This document shows positions 1 through 17,499 of a stretch of DNA of 64,000 nucleotides, in pieces. The translations under genes and the position numbers were made by a program. Position 1 is the first letter of the stretch; the number at the start of each line of letters is the position of its first letter. The stretch lies in the NCBI GenBank assembly GCA_002269645.1, contig NIVC01001170.1:62001-126000 (forward strand). Direction: 5' to 3'. The notes under the pieces are model-generated. The model was not told where the DNA came from and did not search any database. It worked only from the letters and a program-made list of their open reading frames with translations. The DNA comes from Macrostomum lignano. Its lineage: Eukaryota.

Positions 1-270
1 TGGAGTCAGTAGACAGTGGAGTCAGTTGACAGTGGAGTCAGTAGACACAATAGTCAGTAGACAGTGGAGTCAGTAGACACAATAGTCAGTAGACAGTGGA
101 GTCAGTAGACACAATAGTCAGTAGACAGTGGAGTCAGTAGACACAATAGTCAGTAGACGGTGGAGTCAGTAGACACAATAGTCAGTGGACATTAGATCAT
201 GTAGACGCTGTAGTGGACATTAGATAATGTAGACGCAGTAGTGGACATTAGAGTCAGTAGTAAGTAGTCA
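1..270. repeat. Minisatellite, AGTCAGTAGACA family (16-20 bp units)
   Basis: Tandem tggagtcagtagacag / acaatagtcagtagac; core shared with 9692 and 63085. Confidence 0.9.
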
Positions 271-409
271 CTGTCATGACCCCAGAACAACAGAAGGTCG
301 ACTGCATTTGTGACCCTAACTGCTGCCTGCCTTTCATAGAAGGACTTAGAAAAATGAAAATTATAGAATCTCATTCTCATAGTAAGCTAAAGTTTCATGT
401 CGATTTCAG

Positions 410-5450
<5,041 letters not shown>

Positions 5451-6739
5451 TTGAAATTCTAACGGGTTGGAGGGCAGTTTTTCGGGAAGAACAATTGACT
5501 AATTCTATTGTTATTGAGGTTACTTACTGTTACTAAAAATTAATGTTTTCTTTGTTCTGCTGTTGTTTTCTTGTGCTCGGGGTGAAGTGCCTTGGATCAG
5601 CAGCCGAGTGTCAAAATTGAACCACTCGTTTTGGTTCTGTTTCAATGATGTTAAAGCTTGGATTGTTACTATGCATACATTTATTATTTTTTTTATTGCA
5701 GTGCTTCCTTAGCTATTTTGCAACTCATCGTCTTTTTACCTGCTTTTTTGCCGCCCAGCCGTTGCGCAGAGTTTACTGAGATTTTGTAAAAAAATAGAAT
5801 TAAAAAACTACTTTCGCCTACTTGTAGTAGTATCTTTTTTAGTAGTACTAGTAGTACCTTGTTGCCGCGTGCCCGTGTGCCTTTGCTCTGCTAGTCCAGT
5901 CGCTAGAACTAACATTGTATATTTTAATTTATAATATCTAGCTTAGAGCGGACCAGACTACTTACGATTTCTATGCTAGTAGTTTTCCTCAGCAGACAGA
6001 TGGTCTAATGCGCACAATTTTATTTGAAACAAGTTGTACATCATAAAGAAGTGCAATTCTGTCAATAGGATTTCATTTCTTAAAGTATATATAGGTATGT
6101 TGACTGTCTATCCTCAATCATAATGCTGAGTTGTGCTTTAACACTAATAGTTTCTATCTATGCTCATTGTGAGTTCTTTTTTAAATTGTCTTATTAGAGT
6201 GGATTTAATGAATTAAAGTTGTTCTACTGTACGATGATTTCAGAACAGCGCTGTGTTCTAGACAGGTCTTTGTTGTAGTGTTTATTTTAAAGAAGAACCT
6301 ATTATTTTCTCTATAATTTTTTATCATAAATTACGCTGTTTTGTAGACAAAAGATTTTTTGTCAAAAGTCAAGTCCTCTGCTCTCCTACTTTTAGTAGTA
6401 CCAACAACATATATCTAATCCTAATATTTGTCATGTATATTTATTTTGCTTGAATCTCCTTTGGCTTTCTACCTGCCCGTTGCTATGTAGCCCTCTGTGC
6501 ATGAACTGTGTGATTGTACAAGGCCTATAACTTTAGCTTTCATTAGGCACCAGCTTTGAATGTTTGTGTAACATAATTCTATCTATAATTAGCTAATGTC
6601 ATTTTCAGGGCCAAGGAGAATAAAATTTGTATGCCTGATTTGCGCTATATGCTGTTACTAATAGGTGCCGTACATTTAACTGCTTATTATTTTTACTGTG
6701 GAGACTACACTATTCCAATACTCAGGATGGGCCACCGCC

Positions 6740-7215
6740 AGCTTGCCAGATCCTCAGTTGCTGGGCCAGCCTCCCAGATCCTCAGTTGCTGGTCCAGCCT
6801 CCCAGATCCTCAGTTGCTGGTCCAGCCTCCCAGATCCTCAGTTGCTGGGCCAGCCTCCCAGATCCTCAGTTGCTGGTCCAGCCTCCCAGATCCTCATTTG
6901 CTGGGCCAGCTTCCCAGATCCTCAGTTGCTGGGCCAGCCTCCCAGATCCTCAGTTGCTAAGCCAGCCTTCCAGAGTTTAAGTTGCTGGGAGGGCCTCCCA
7001 GAGTGTCAGTTGCTGGGCCAGCCTCCCAGATCCTCAGTTGCTAACCCAGCCTTCTAGAGTTTAAGTTGCTGGGAGGGCCTCCCAGAGTGTCAGTTGCTGG
7101 GCCAGCCTCCCAGAGTGTCAGTTGCTGGGCCAGCCTCCCAGATCCTCATTTGCTGGGTCAGCCTCACAGATCCTCATTTGCTGGGCCAGCTTCCCAGATC
7201 CTCAGTTGCTGGGCC
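6740..7215. repeat. 28-bp minisatellite GCTGGGCCAGCCTCCCAGATCCTCAGTT, locus 1
   Basis: Visible tandem array; explains overlapping ORFs. Confidence 0.95.
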
Positions 7216-7347
7216 AACGCTACCCTCGTTGACCAGATAAATTCTAGCCTAGGTTTGTGATACTAGCGGGCCACATATTCCAAATATTAACCTATTGCCC
7301 TCCACCTCACCCTGCAAACAGTTTCCAGCCAATTAAGCGTCATAACA

Positions 7348-10300
7348 ATGGCCAAAGCAATCGCCTGGAAATCTGTAGACGATCTGTTCTTCAGCCCGGT
7401 TGTGTACCGCCTGCTCCGATCCATGGCAATCTCGCAGCCCGCCGATCGGCGCGCTATGCTGAAATCCGCCACTGCCGCCTCAACGGAGGCTACGGCGGCC
7501 GCCGCTGGTCAATTATTACCTGGCGCCGCTGCCGGTGCTCAAATCGACGGCGGCGCCGATGGCTCGTCGGCTTCGCCTTTTGGTGGCGCCTCCACCTCGG
7601 ACTCGTCTAGCGCGCCATTGGAACGGATCTGCTTATTAAACGAGGCCCAACTGCAGGAGCATATGCGTAAAGCGGCTATATTGGAGCAGCAGGCCATGCA
7701 GATGCCGCCTTATCTACAGGTGGGTTTCCTTGTACATTCTTTTTTAATCTATTCTATCTACTCATTCTCGATCCCTATGCCGAAATTCCCAAAAATCCTC
7801 CCTAGATCTTCCTAATCAATCCTGAAGATCCCCTAATCCTCCCAGAAGATCTCCTTATTCATCCAGAAGCTTTCCATAATATCCATCCTAAAGATCCACC
7901 CTAATCCATCCTGAAGATCCACCCAAATCCATCCTCAAGATCCACCCTAATCCATCCTGAAGATCCACACTAATCCATCCTGAAGATCTACCCTAATCCA
8001 TCCTGAAGATCCACCCTAATCCATCCTGAAGATCCACCCTAATCCATCCTGAAGATCCACACTAATCCATCCTGAAAATCCACCCTAATCCATCCTGAAG
8101 ATCCACCCTAATCCATCCTGAAGATCCACACTAATCCATCCTGAAGATCCACACGAATCCATCCTGAAAATCCACCCTAATCCAGCCTCAAAATCTCCTA
8201 TAAATATCCCTGAAAATCCTTAATCCATAACAAAAATCACACCTAATCCATACTGAAGTCTCTTCTCTAAAATCCTTCGAAGAAGCAACTTACAAAGACT
8301 CAGCTTTGCATTGGTGTGTACCAAGCCAGCCCTTCTTATACCATCATGAGCTGGCCTGGAAGGATTAAACAATGCAATATTAAACAGCTGTGCTGTCAGG
8401 CTTTTCACCGTGTCGATTGCTGTTTGAATATTTGCTGTTGCAATTGACACTCCGAGGTCTGTCTACAGAATTTTAATAGTTTTTTGATGATATTTTGCTC
8501 TCTTTAAGTCACCTTAGAAATGGTTCTTAATTTCTTAATTAATAAAAAACATTTCATGAGAAGGCTAATGTAACAATACTTCAATTGCTTAGCGAATCAT
8601 GCTATTTTCGGCATAAAAATAAACGTTAATTACTTTAAAAGTCCTGCCTTAATTCACCGTGAGAGTCATGCCCTAATCACTGGGATAATCATGCCCTAAT
8701 CACTGGGAGAGTCATGCCCTAATCACTGGGAGAGTCATGCCCTAATCACTGGGAGAGTCATGCCCTAATCACTGGGAGAATCATGCCCTAATCACTGGGA
8801 GAGTCATGCCCTAATCACTGGGAGAGTCATGCCCTAATCACTGGGATAATCATGCCCTAATCACTGGGAGAGTCATGCCCTAATCACTGGGAGAGTCATG
8901 CCCTAATCACTGGGATAATCATGCCCTAATCACTGGGAGAGTCATGCCCTAATCACTGGGAGAGTCATGCCCTAATCACTGGGAGAGTCATGCCCTAATC
9001 ACTGGGAGAGTCATGCCCTAATCACTGGGAGAATCATGCCCTAATCACTGATAGAGTCATGCCCTAATCACTGCGAGAGTCATGCCCTAATCACTGGGAT
9101 AATCATGCCCTAATCACTGGGAGAGTCATGCCCTAATCACTGGGAGAGTCATGCCCTAATCACTGGGAGAGTCATGCCCTAATCACTGGGATAATCATGC
9201 CCTAATCACTGGGAGAGTCATGCCCTAATCACTGGGAGAGTCATGCCCTAATCACTGGGAGAGTCATGCCCTAATCACTGGGTGAGTCATGCCCTAATCA
9301 CTGGGTGAGTCATGCCCTAATGACTGGGTGAGTCATGCCCTAATCACTGGGAAAGTCATGCCCTAATCACTGGGACAGTCATGCCCTAATCACTGGGAGA
9401 GTCATGCCCTAATCTCCGAGTAAATCTTCAATAAAACAATCAATGTCAAATTTCCATCACTGCAGGCTTGGAAAGAAAAATCAGACACTCGCGTACTGCA
9501 AGACGACTCCGATAGGCTGGCCAACTGCCTCCCACCTGGACAAAAAATCGTAGTCGTCGATATTGGCATCAAAGACAAGGTGGCTCCCCAGGATCGATTT
9601 ATGGCTATTCGCGAGAGCAACGGCCAATTGCGGTCCCCGATGCGCAGCGAGAGACGGGATTTATTGCAGGTTAGTACTCGTAAACTCTTTGATTCAGAGT
9701 CAGTAGACACAGAGAGTCAGTAGACACACAGAGAGTCAGTAGACACACAGAGAGTCAGTAGACACAGAGAGTCAGTAGACACACAGAGAGTCAGTAGACA
9801 CAGAGAGTCAGTAGACACAGAGAGTCAGTAGACACACAGAGAGTCAGTAGACACAGAGAATCAGTAGACACAGAGAGTCAGTAGACACACAGAGAGTCAG
9901 TAGACACAGAGAGTCAGTAGACACAGAGAGTCAGTAGACACAGAGAGTCAGTAGACACAGAGAGTCAGTAGACACAGGGAGTCAGTAGACACAGAGAGTC
10001 AGTAGACGTAGACACAGGAAGTCAGTAGACACAGAGAGTCAGTAGACGTAGACACAGGGAGTCAGTAGACACAGAGAGTCAGTAGACGTAGACACAGGGA
10101 GTCAGTAGACACAGAGAGTCAGTAGACGTAGACACAGGGAGTCAGTAGACACAGAGTCAGTAGACGTAGACACAGGGAGTCAGTAGACACAGAGAGTCAG
10201 TAGACACAGAGAGTCAGTAGACACAGAGAGTCAGTAGACACAGAGAGTCAGTAGACACAGAGAGTCAGTAGACACAGAGTCAGTAGACACAGAGAGTCAG

Positions 10301-11858
10301 TAGACACAGAGAGTCAGTAGACACAGGGAGTCAGTAGACACAGAGAGTCAGTAGACGTAGACACAGAGAGTCAGTAGACACAGAGAGTCAGTAGACGTAG
10401 ACACAGGGAGTCAGTAGACACAGGGAGTCAGTAGACACAGAGTCAGTAGACACAGGGAGTCAGTAGACACAGAGAGTCAGTAGACACAGAGAGTCAGTAG
10501 ACACAGAGAGTCAGTAGACACAGAGTCAGTAGACACAGAGAGTCAGTAGACACAGAGAGTCAGTAGACACACAGAGAGTCAGTAGACACAGAGAGTCAGT
10601 AGACACAGAGAGTCAGTAGACACAGAGTCAGTAGACACAGAGAGTCAGTAGACACAGAGAGTCAGTAGACACAGAGAGTCAGTAGACACAGAGAGTCAGT
10701 AGACGTAGACACAGGGAGTCAGTAGACACAGAGAGTCAGTAGACGTAGACACAGGGAGTCAGTAGACACAGAGAGTCAGTAGACGTAGACACAGGGAGTC
10801 AGTAGACACAGGGAGTCAGTAGACACAGAGTCAGTAGACACAGGGAGTCAGTAGACACAGAGAGTCAGTAGACACAGAGAGTCAGTAGACACAGAGAGTC
10901 AGTAGACACAGAGAGTCAGTAGACACAGAGTCAGTAGACACAGAGAGTCAGTAGACACAGAGAGTCAGTAGACACAGGGAGTCAGTAGACACAGAGAGTC
11001 AGTAGACGTAGACACAGGGAGTCAGTAGACACAGAGAGTCAGTAGACGTAGACACAGGGAGTCAGTAGACACAGAGAGTCAGTAGACGTAGACACAGGGA
11101 GTCAGTAGACACAGAGAGTCAGTAGACGTAGACACAGGGAGTCAGTAGACACAGGGAGTCAGTAGACACAGAGTCAGTAGACACAGGGAGTCAGTAGACA
11201 CAGAGAGTCAGTAGACACAGAGAGTCAGTAGACACAGTCAGTAGTCAAGAATATATAGTCAGTCAGGAGTCAACGATAAAGATGGACATCTCAAAACCCG
11301 CAGACCTACTTCCCGCTGCCGCACCGTCGCACCGTAGTGCCCAGCATGTTTGCCGTGCCGAAAAATCTTGAGCGCCTCTTGTCGCCAGAGTTGCACAAGT
11401 ATGCCTACGTATTGGACCGGGCCACTGTCCAGTTCGAGCCAAACGATCCGCAGTACGTTCGAATTCGCGACCGAGTCTACGAAGCCGTCGACGAGGCCAA
11501 GGCCTACGCCGAGCTGCAGGCTACTCGCCATTTCGGCGGCCTAGTATTGCACCTAGTGTTAAAGCAGAAAACTGCCGGATTAATCGTATTCCTACTGCAA
11601 ACTGAACAGTTTGAGCGTTGCTTGCATCTGCTCAGACTGCGCACGGCTATACACGATTCGGACGCTAAAGCTTTGCAGAACTACGATTTACCGTTTGTAC
11701 TTAACGACGCGAAATCGTTTGATAATCAACGCAAAATTGGTTTATTAGTGTGTCTGATGAAGCTGGAACCGACCGTGTCCAGAGTTGCCAAGCCGCTGTT
11801 GGAGCGGTTTCGACAGGCTAGCGTTGTTGGTCGGCATCGATCGGATAGTCAGAGCTAA
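7348..11858 (+). CDS. MRPS22: Mitochondrial ribosomal protein S22; exons 7348-7719, 9466-9669, 11304-11858 (possible extra 5' exon 6631-6664)
   Basis: Phase-0 GT-AG joins. Segments LLNEAQLQE..QMPPYL, DRFMAIRESNGQLR..ERRDLLQTYFP and QFEPNDPQYVRI..LQATRHFGGLV match recalled MRPS22 motifs (QFEPDS.EY, LRSTRYFGGM). Confidence 0.88.
7865..8190. repeat. 23-bp minisatellite ATCCACCCTAATCCATCCTGAAG
   Basis: Visible tandem array in MRPS22 intron 1. Confidence 0.93.
8303..8470 (+). ncRNA. Box H/ACA snoRNA, copy 1 (MRPS22 intron); 5' pocket matches 18S CCUU-U-G-UACACACC
   Basis: Hairpin 1: TTGCATTG/CAATGCAA and CCAAGCCAGC/GCTGGCCTGG. H box ATATTA at 8377-8382. Hairpin 2: CAGGC/GTCTG and GTGTCGATTGC/GCAATTGACAC. 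ACA at 8465-8467, 14 nt below the pocket. Confidence 0.82.
8660..9415. repeat. 23-bp minisatellite GAGAGTCATGCCCTAATCACTGG
   Basis: Visible tandem array in MRPS22 intron 1. Confidence 0.96.
9692..11245. repeat. 17-bp minisatellite CAGAGAGTCAGTAGACA with variants
   Basis: Visible tandem array in MRPS22 intron 2. Confidence 0.96.
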
Positions 11859-11894
11859 AGTTGTTCGCTTGGAAAGGGTCGTTTCTTATCATAT

Positions 11895-12770
11895 AACCTG
11901 AGGGAGCTCATTGAAGGACCTGAGGGAGCTCATTAAAGGACCTGAGAGAGCTCATTGAAGGACCTGAGGGAGATTATTAAAGGACCTGAGGGAGCTCATT
12001 GAAGGACCTGAGGGAGCTCATTAAAGGACCTGAGAGAGCTCATTGAAGGACCTGAGGGAGATTATTAAAGGACCTGAGGGAGCTCATTGAAGGACCTGAG
12101 GGAGATCATTGAAGGCCTGAGGGAGCTCATTGAAGGACCTGAGGGAGCTCATTAAAGGACCTGAGGGAGATTATTAAAGGACCTGAGAGAGCTCATTGAA
12201 GGACCTGAGGGAGATTATTAAAGGACCTGAGAGAGCTCATTGAAGGACCTGAGGGAGATTATTAAAGGACCTGAGGGAGCTCATTGAAGGACCTGAGGGA
12301 GCTCATTGAAGGACCTGAGAGAGCTCATTGAAGGACCTGAGGGAGCTCATTGAAGGACCTGAGGGAGATTATTAAAGGACCTGAGGGAGATTATTAAAGG
12401 ACCTGAGGGAGATTATTAAAGGACCTGAGGGAGCTCATTGAAGGACCTGAGGGAGATTATTAAAGGACCTGAAGGAGCTCATTAAAGGACCTGAGGGAGA
12501 TATTAAAGGGCCTGAGGGAGCTCATTGAAGGACCTGAGGGAGCTCATTAAAGGACCTGAAGGAGCTCATTAAAGGACCTGAGGGAGATATTAAAGGGCCT
12601 GAGGGAGCTCATTGAAGGACCTGAGGGAGATATTAAAGGGCCTGAGGGAGCTCATTGAAGGACCTGAGGGAGATATTAAAGGGCCTGAGGGAGCTCATTG
12701 AAGGACCTGAGGGAGATTATTAAAGGGCCGGAATGAGCTCATTGAAGGACCTTAAGGAGCTCATTGAAGA
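11895..12770. repeat. 22-bp minisatellite GAGGGAGCTCATTGAAGGACCT
   Basis: Visible tandem array just after the MRPS22 stop. Confidence 0.95.
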
Positions 12771-13884
12771 ACTCAAAGACGCTAGTAAAGATCTTCATGG
12801 TCCTAAAATTGTGCTAATGCCTTGTTATGGAGAGCCATTCGTTAGAGTTTAAGTTGAATTTTAAGTTGAATTTGAAACACCTGATCACCTGATCAGTATG
12901 TGTGATAGCACACTCTAGCTTGTTAAAATTGCATTTTAAAAATAAGAATAATGTTGCTTTAATTTGCTTATATAGTCCACAACTTGTCATCCTGACTTGA
13001 CCGTTTGGTCAACCTGTGTCCAACTGTTTCATTACACTACGCACTATTATTATAGTGGAAATATAGTCATGTGAGCTATATAGATACACGCCTGGCTAAT
13101 GAGTTGATGAATGAAATAAATATAAATCCATTTTTACTATTTGTTTGATCGAACCAGTCGGGAGATTTTGCTTTTAACTTTAAATCATATTAGTAAGAAA
13201 AATTATATATAGTACAAAGTGAACTTGATAATTCAATGTTAGATAAGCAGTATCGATTTAAGTACATATTCTGATGTATTAATATTTCTTAGAAATATAT
13301 ATATATATATTTATGCTTTCAACAATCTGCGTCCCAGTCGTTAAGCGAGAAGGCAGAAGACCAAATCTCTCCGGAAGAGGGTCCAAGACTATCAGTGGCA
13401 TCGGAAAATGAAAATTTTAACGAATAAACTTGTCAGGCAGAGAAACACGTCAGCGAGATTATTCGCTTATTTTTCAGGCTTTTCTTATTGGCGTTTATTT
13501 GTATTATATACATTTATACTTTTCTAAATGACTCAAACTACTGTACAGGCAACTGTTGAGTCACGAGCGCATCACGTGAGTTGCAAAAATCGTAAGAGAG
13601 TTGAAAATTTGTTTTAAGAGTCGTTTATTAACTTTCTATCAACTCAAGTAGACTAAATAGAGTTGTCATCAATGTGAAATGCGATTCTGAATTCATAGTG
13701 ACGCATAGTGATGAATTCATAGACTCATTATGAAAGCGCCTAAAAGTCGCTTGCGCTGCTCCAAAGTAGTTTTAAAGTCGCCAACAATAAAACGCCTCAA
13801 ATTGACTCTTAGGCGACTCTGACGGTCTTTTTGGCCACTTTTATCAAGACGTTTCGGTTTTAAGAGTCGTCTAAGAGTTGCAAG

Positions 13885-14056
13885 CATGCATGCGCAACCT
13901 TGGGAGTCGCCCGGCCGTTTCTAGTGGCAACACACACATGTAAGTCACTATTGGCTGAGAGCAGTCACGTGACTACTATTCCGTCCAATAGCGACTTACA
14001 TGTGTGTGTTGCCAGTAGAAACGGCAGGGTGAGTCCCTGGGTTGCGCCCAAGCATG
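13885..14056. mobile_element. Foldback MITE, hAT-like (172 bp)
   Basis: 8-bp TSD GTTGCAAG (13877-13884 and 14057-14064). Termini CATGCATGCGCAACC / GGTTGCGCCCAAGCATG. Internal 41-bp inverted arms (13914-13954, 13985-14025) with 2 mismatches. Confidence 0.85.
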
Positions 14057-15806
14057 GTTGCAAGTCATGCAACGCTTCTTGGCCCAGATACCATTTTCAT
14101 AGGGTTATATTTCGGCGTTTTATGTGTTTGTTATAGTCTTTCATATCCGCGCTTGATTATCATTATATTGTACATAAAATACTGTATAGAAAACTGTAGT
14201 CATTCTTTATTTACATCTGCATTTCAGTAGATTTTTGTACGCGTTTACCTGCTTTTATTTTCATATTGCATGCTATTTTGTATGCCCGCGCTGTCTTTTT
14301 TCTTCGAATGCGGCAAGAAGAGATTCGTCTAATGTGTCGCCTTATGCAACAAGCAATAGCGCAGCAGCAGCAAAGCAGCAAAAATCTTCTAACAGCAGCT
14401 CAGCTTGCAGCACAGCAGCAGCAGTAAAAGCAGCAAAAATGAACCTCTCGACACAGCTAATTAAAGCTCAGCTCAGCGCTTCAGCCTGCAGCTCTCAGCT
14501 CGCCACAATAGTTTGCACCCTCACACCTACTACACTACTACAGCCCAGCCGCCTCATCGTTATAAGTTAATGCTAAGAGTTAATCCCCCCGACTGTCGAG
14601 TCAGTGGCACACCCGAGAGCAAAGAGAGAGTGGGGAGAGAGGCGGATCGAGTGCGTTCAGCGACAGTTGCTAATTCCTTCGTCTCGGCTTTTCCATCACA
14701 GTTCCTACCACCGTCTCGATGGCTAGACAGAATGTTTAAAAATACTCGGCGATATTGGCGCTGCGCCCGTCGTTTAAAGTCTGCTAAAAAAACCGACCTT
14801 CCTATCCCCCCTCTCCCCCTCTCTGCCTGCTCTGATTCGCGCTCACTTTTCGCGCGGTAAGTTGACTGCAATAATTTTATTTATTGTAAAGCGTCTACCC
14901 TTAGGGAGTTGTTGAAAAGGAAACATCCGAAGGATTATGCTTAGTTTCTTATATGCTACTAAATAAGTAGCATGCTATAAGATTTAGAACTCTTGAGATT
15001 TTTAGATTTTTTTGAGTGAGATTATTAAAAATAATAAAGTTGCATTACCCCTCTAAATTAAGCTGCAGTTGCTGCTCTGTAGTTCAATAAGTTTATTGGT
15101 TGCGCAGTTTTATCTCTATCTACTGATATGTGCAGAATCTTCAAAGAAAATTCGTTTAGAGAGCCTTTTATACCCAAGGAAAAGCAGAAATACAATTTGC
15201 ACTGTTAAACATGAAAACTCAGTTGGGGAGCTACACTATTGTAGTGCTTTAAGAACCGTGCTTATCTTTGCCTTCATTTATCGAGGATAATTCTATATTT
15301 TGTGATGAAAATTAATAACGTGTTGCAGAATTTTTACCAAAGTTTTTTAATGCACTCCTCATATCCGTCTACGTTGTTATCTGTTTCTCTGTTAATCTCT
15401 TCTTTCTGACTTCTTCTGTGGCCTAGATTTTTTGGTGGCAGTGTGGCGGATAATTAGTGATTTTCAACTAATGCTTTAATATTAATTGCAAGCGTCTTGT
15501 GAGCATCCTGGCGCAACGCCTTCGGCGACATGGTCCCACGTACACAGGCACGCACAGTTATCGTTAACCCATTGCTCAAATACGCAACTGTCTGAAATTT
15601 ATTAAAAGCTTACTTGATAAAGGCCATGCTTCATCGAAATTACCCCATAATATCTTTTTTTAACTTGCTACGCATCTCTGCACTTTTCCATCTTAAATTA
15701 TCTCCGTAACTCGCCTCTGACTTCTGCTCTCATACTAAAAACAGCTTAACACCCCCCCATTGCCCACCTCTCGCCATGGTTTTCAAGGTTTTAAGCCAGC
15801 TAAATA

Positions 15807-16313
15807 ATGTCAACCAAGCGTTACGACGACGACGACGGCTGCAAAGTGTACATCGGCGACCTGCCGCGCGACGCTTCGGAGTCAGAAATTGAGAAAGCGT
15901 TCCGGCACTACGGCGCCGTCCGCTCCGTTTGGGTTGCCCGCAATCCGCCCGGCTTTGCCTTTGTTGTATTCGAAGATTCGCGCGACGCTGGCGACGCTGT
16001 ACGCGATCTAGACGGCACCGTCATCTGCGGAGTTCGGGCTCGAGTTGAACTGTCCAGCGGCCGGTCGCGAGCCCGCCGACCCGGCCAGGGCGGCTTCGGT
16101 GGCGGCGGCGGTGGCGGCGGCGGCCGAGGCGGCGGCTGCTACTCGTGCGGCCGGCCCGGTCATTTCGCTCGCGAGTGTCCCCGACTGCGCGGCGGCGACC
16201 GCGACAGGGACCGGTCTAGGGACAGGGACCGCGATCGCGGCGGCCGCTACGACGATCGGCGGCGTCGGTCGAGGTCGCGCTCGACTCGCTCCCGGTCCCG
16301 ATCTAGGAGCTGA
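15807..16313 (+). CDS. SRSF7: SR splicing factor, SRSF7/SRSF3-like (RRM + CCHC zinc knuckle + RS), paralog A, intronless CDS
   Basis: [54 protein letters not shown] tail. Probable 5'UTR intron from donor gtaagt (~14857) to acceptor ttcaag (15787). Confidence 0.93.
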   Translation: MSTKRYDDDDGCKVYIGDLPRDASESEIEKAFRHYGAVRSVWVARNPPGFAFVVFEDSRDAGDAVRDLDGTVICGVRARVELSSGRSRARRPGQGGFGGGGGGGGGRGGGCYSCGRPGHFARECPRLRGGDRDRDRSRDRDRDRGGRYDDRRRRSRSRSTRSRSRSRS

Positions 16314-16479
16314 ACAGCTGCAGCATGTAGCGAGGGAGCGGCGAAGAGCGGCGTCAGGGTTTGAATGTTGGATAAACTGAACCAACTGCAGGCTTTTTTA
16401 GACAGTGTAAGGAGCCGCTCTCGAAGCAGCCTACCTATTATGGCCAGCCCGATGAGAAACAGTACCTAACCTATTACCG

Positions 16480-16835
16480 TGTTCAGCTACTCTAGAAGCT
16501 ACCCTATTACCATATTGAACTGACTCTACAAGCTACCCTATTGCCATATTTAACTGACTCTAGAAGCTACCCTATTGCCATATCTAAGCTACTCTAGAAG
16601 CTACCCTATTACCATATTAAGCTACTCTAGAAGCTACCTATTGCCATATGTAAGCTACTCTAGAAGCTACCCTATTGCCATATCTAAGCTACTCTAGAAG
16701 CTACCCTATTGCCATATGTAAGCTACTCTAGAAGCTACCTATTGCCATATGTAAGCTACTCTAGAAGCTACCCTATTGCCATATGTAAGCTACTCTAGAA
16801 GCTACCCTATTGCCATATTAAGCTTCTCTAGACGC
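16480..16835. repeat. 33-34-bp minisatellite GTAAGCTACTCTAGAAGCTACCCTATTGCCATAT
   Basis: Visible tandem array downstream of SRSF paralog A. Confidence 0.92.
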
Positions 16836-17499
16836 TACCTTGACCCTTGGTAGCGTTTTTATCTGGCTGGAATAATAGTAGCCGTCGGCTTTGTCGTTGT
16901 CATTATTATTACTTTATTATATAATTAAATAAATCGAAGTCATAATTTCGCAATGCCGCACTATGACCCGGTTTTGTAAGAATAAAGTATCTGTTTAAGT
17001 TATTTATTGTAGTTAACTAATTAAACATTTTTATTGGTCTGTTATACGGTAGGCAATACTGCCTTCTCTTAATATTAGTAATAAACAGCTCTTTTATGAA
17101 GTTTCATTGGCTGCCGTCAATTGTTATAAGCTTAAATAGCCACGTTTATGGGCAATGCTGTCAATTTATGTTACTGTAAGTAGCATGCTCGTCACGCTTC
17201 TACGCTGTATTTTTTATTTTCTATTAACTATTAGCTGAACCAAAATTTATAATTCACGGCAACTATATTAAAAAACAAAAAATTTAACTAATCAAATAAA
17301 ATATTCAATACTGACCCTTGAAATTCCACTGAATTTCTCTTCATGTCTGTCGTAACTAGTGTTCATTTTGCAGTGCCTTTTTCTTTTTCTCCTGTGTCCT
17401 AGCTGAGATCAATAAACCTACTAGGCCATAATTAGGGACTTAATTAAGAGAACCGCCTCAAAACCATGCTTTAGAAAAATATCACCAGAACTCCCTCTT

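Noticed and set aside
13329-13427. Short protein-like frame ASQSLSEKAEDQISPEEG..
   Set aside because: No start or convincing splice context and no recognisable family.
15302-15410. GTGATGA...CTGA as a possible C/D snoRNA in the SRSF 5'UTR intron
   Set aside because: No terminal stem and only a short, unconvincing rRNA complementarity.
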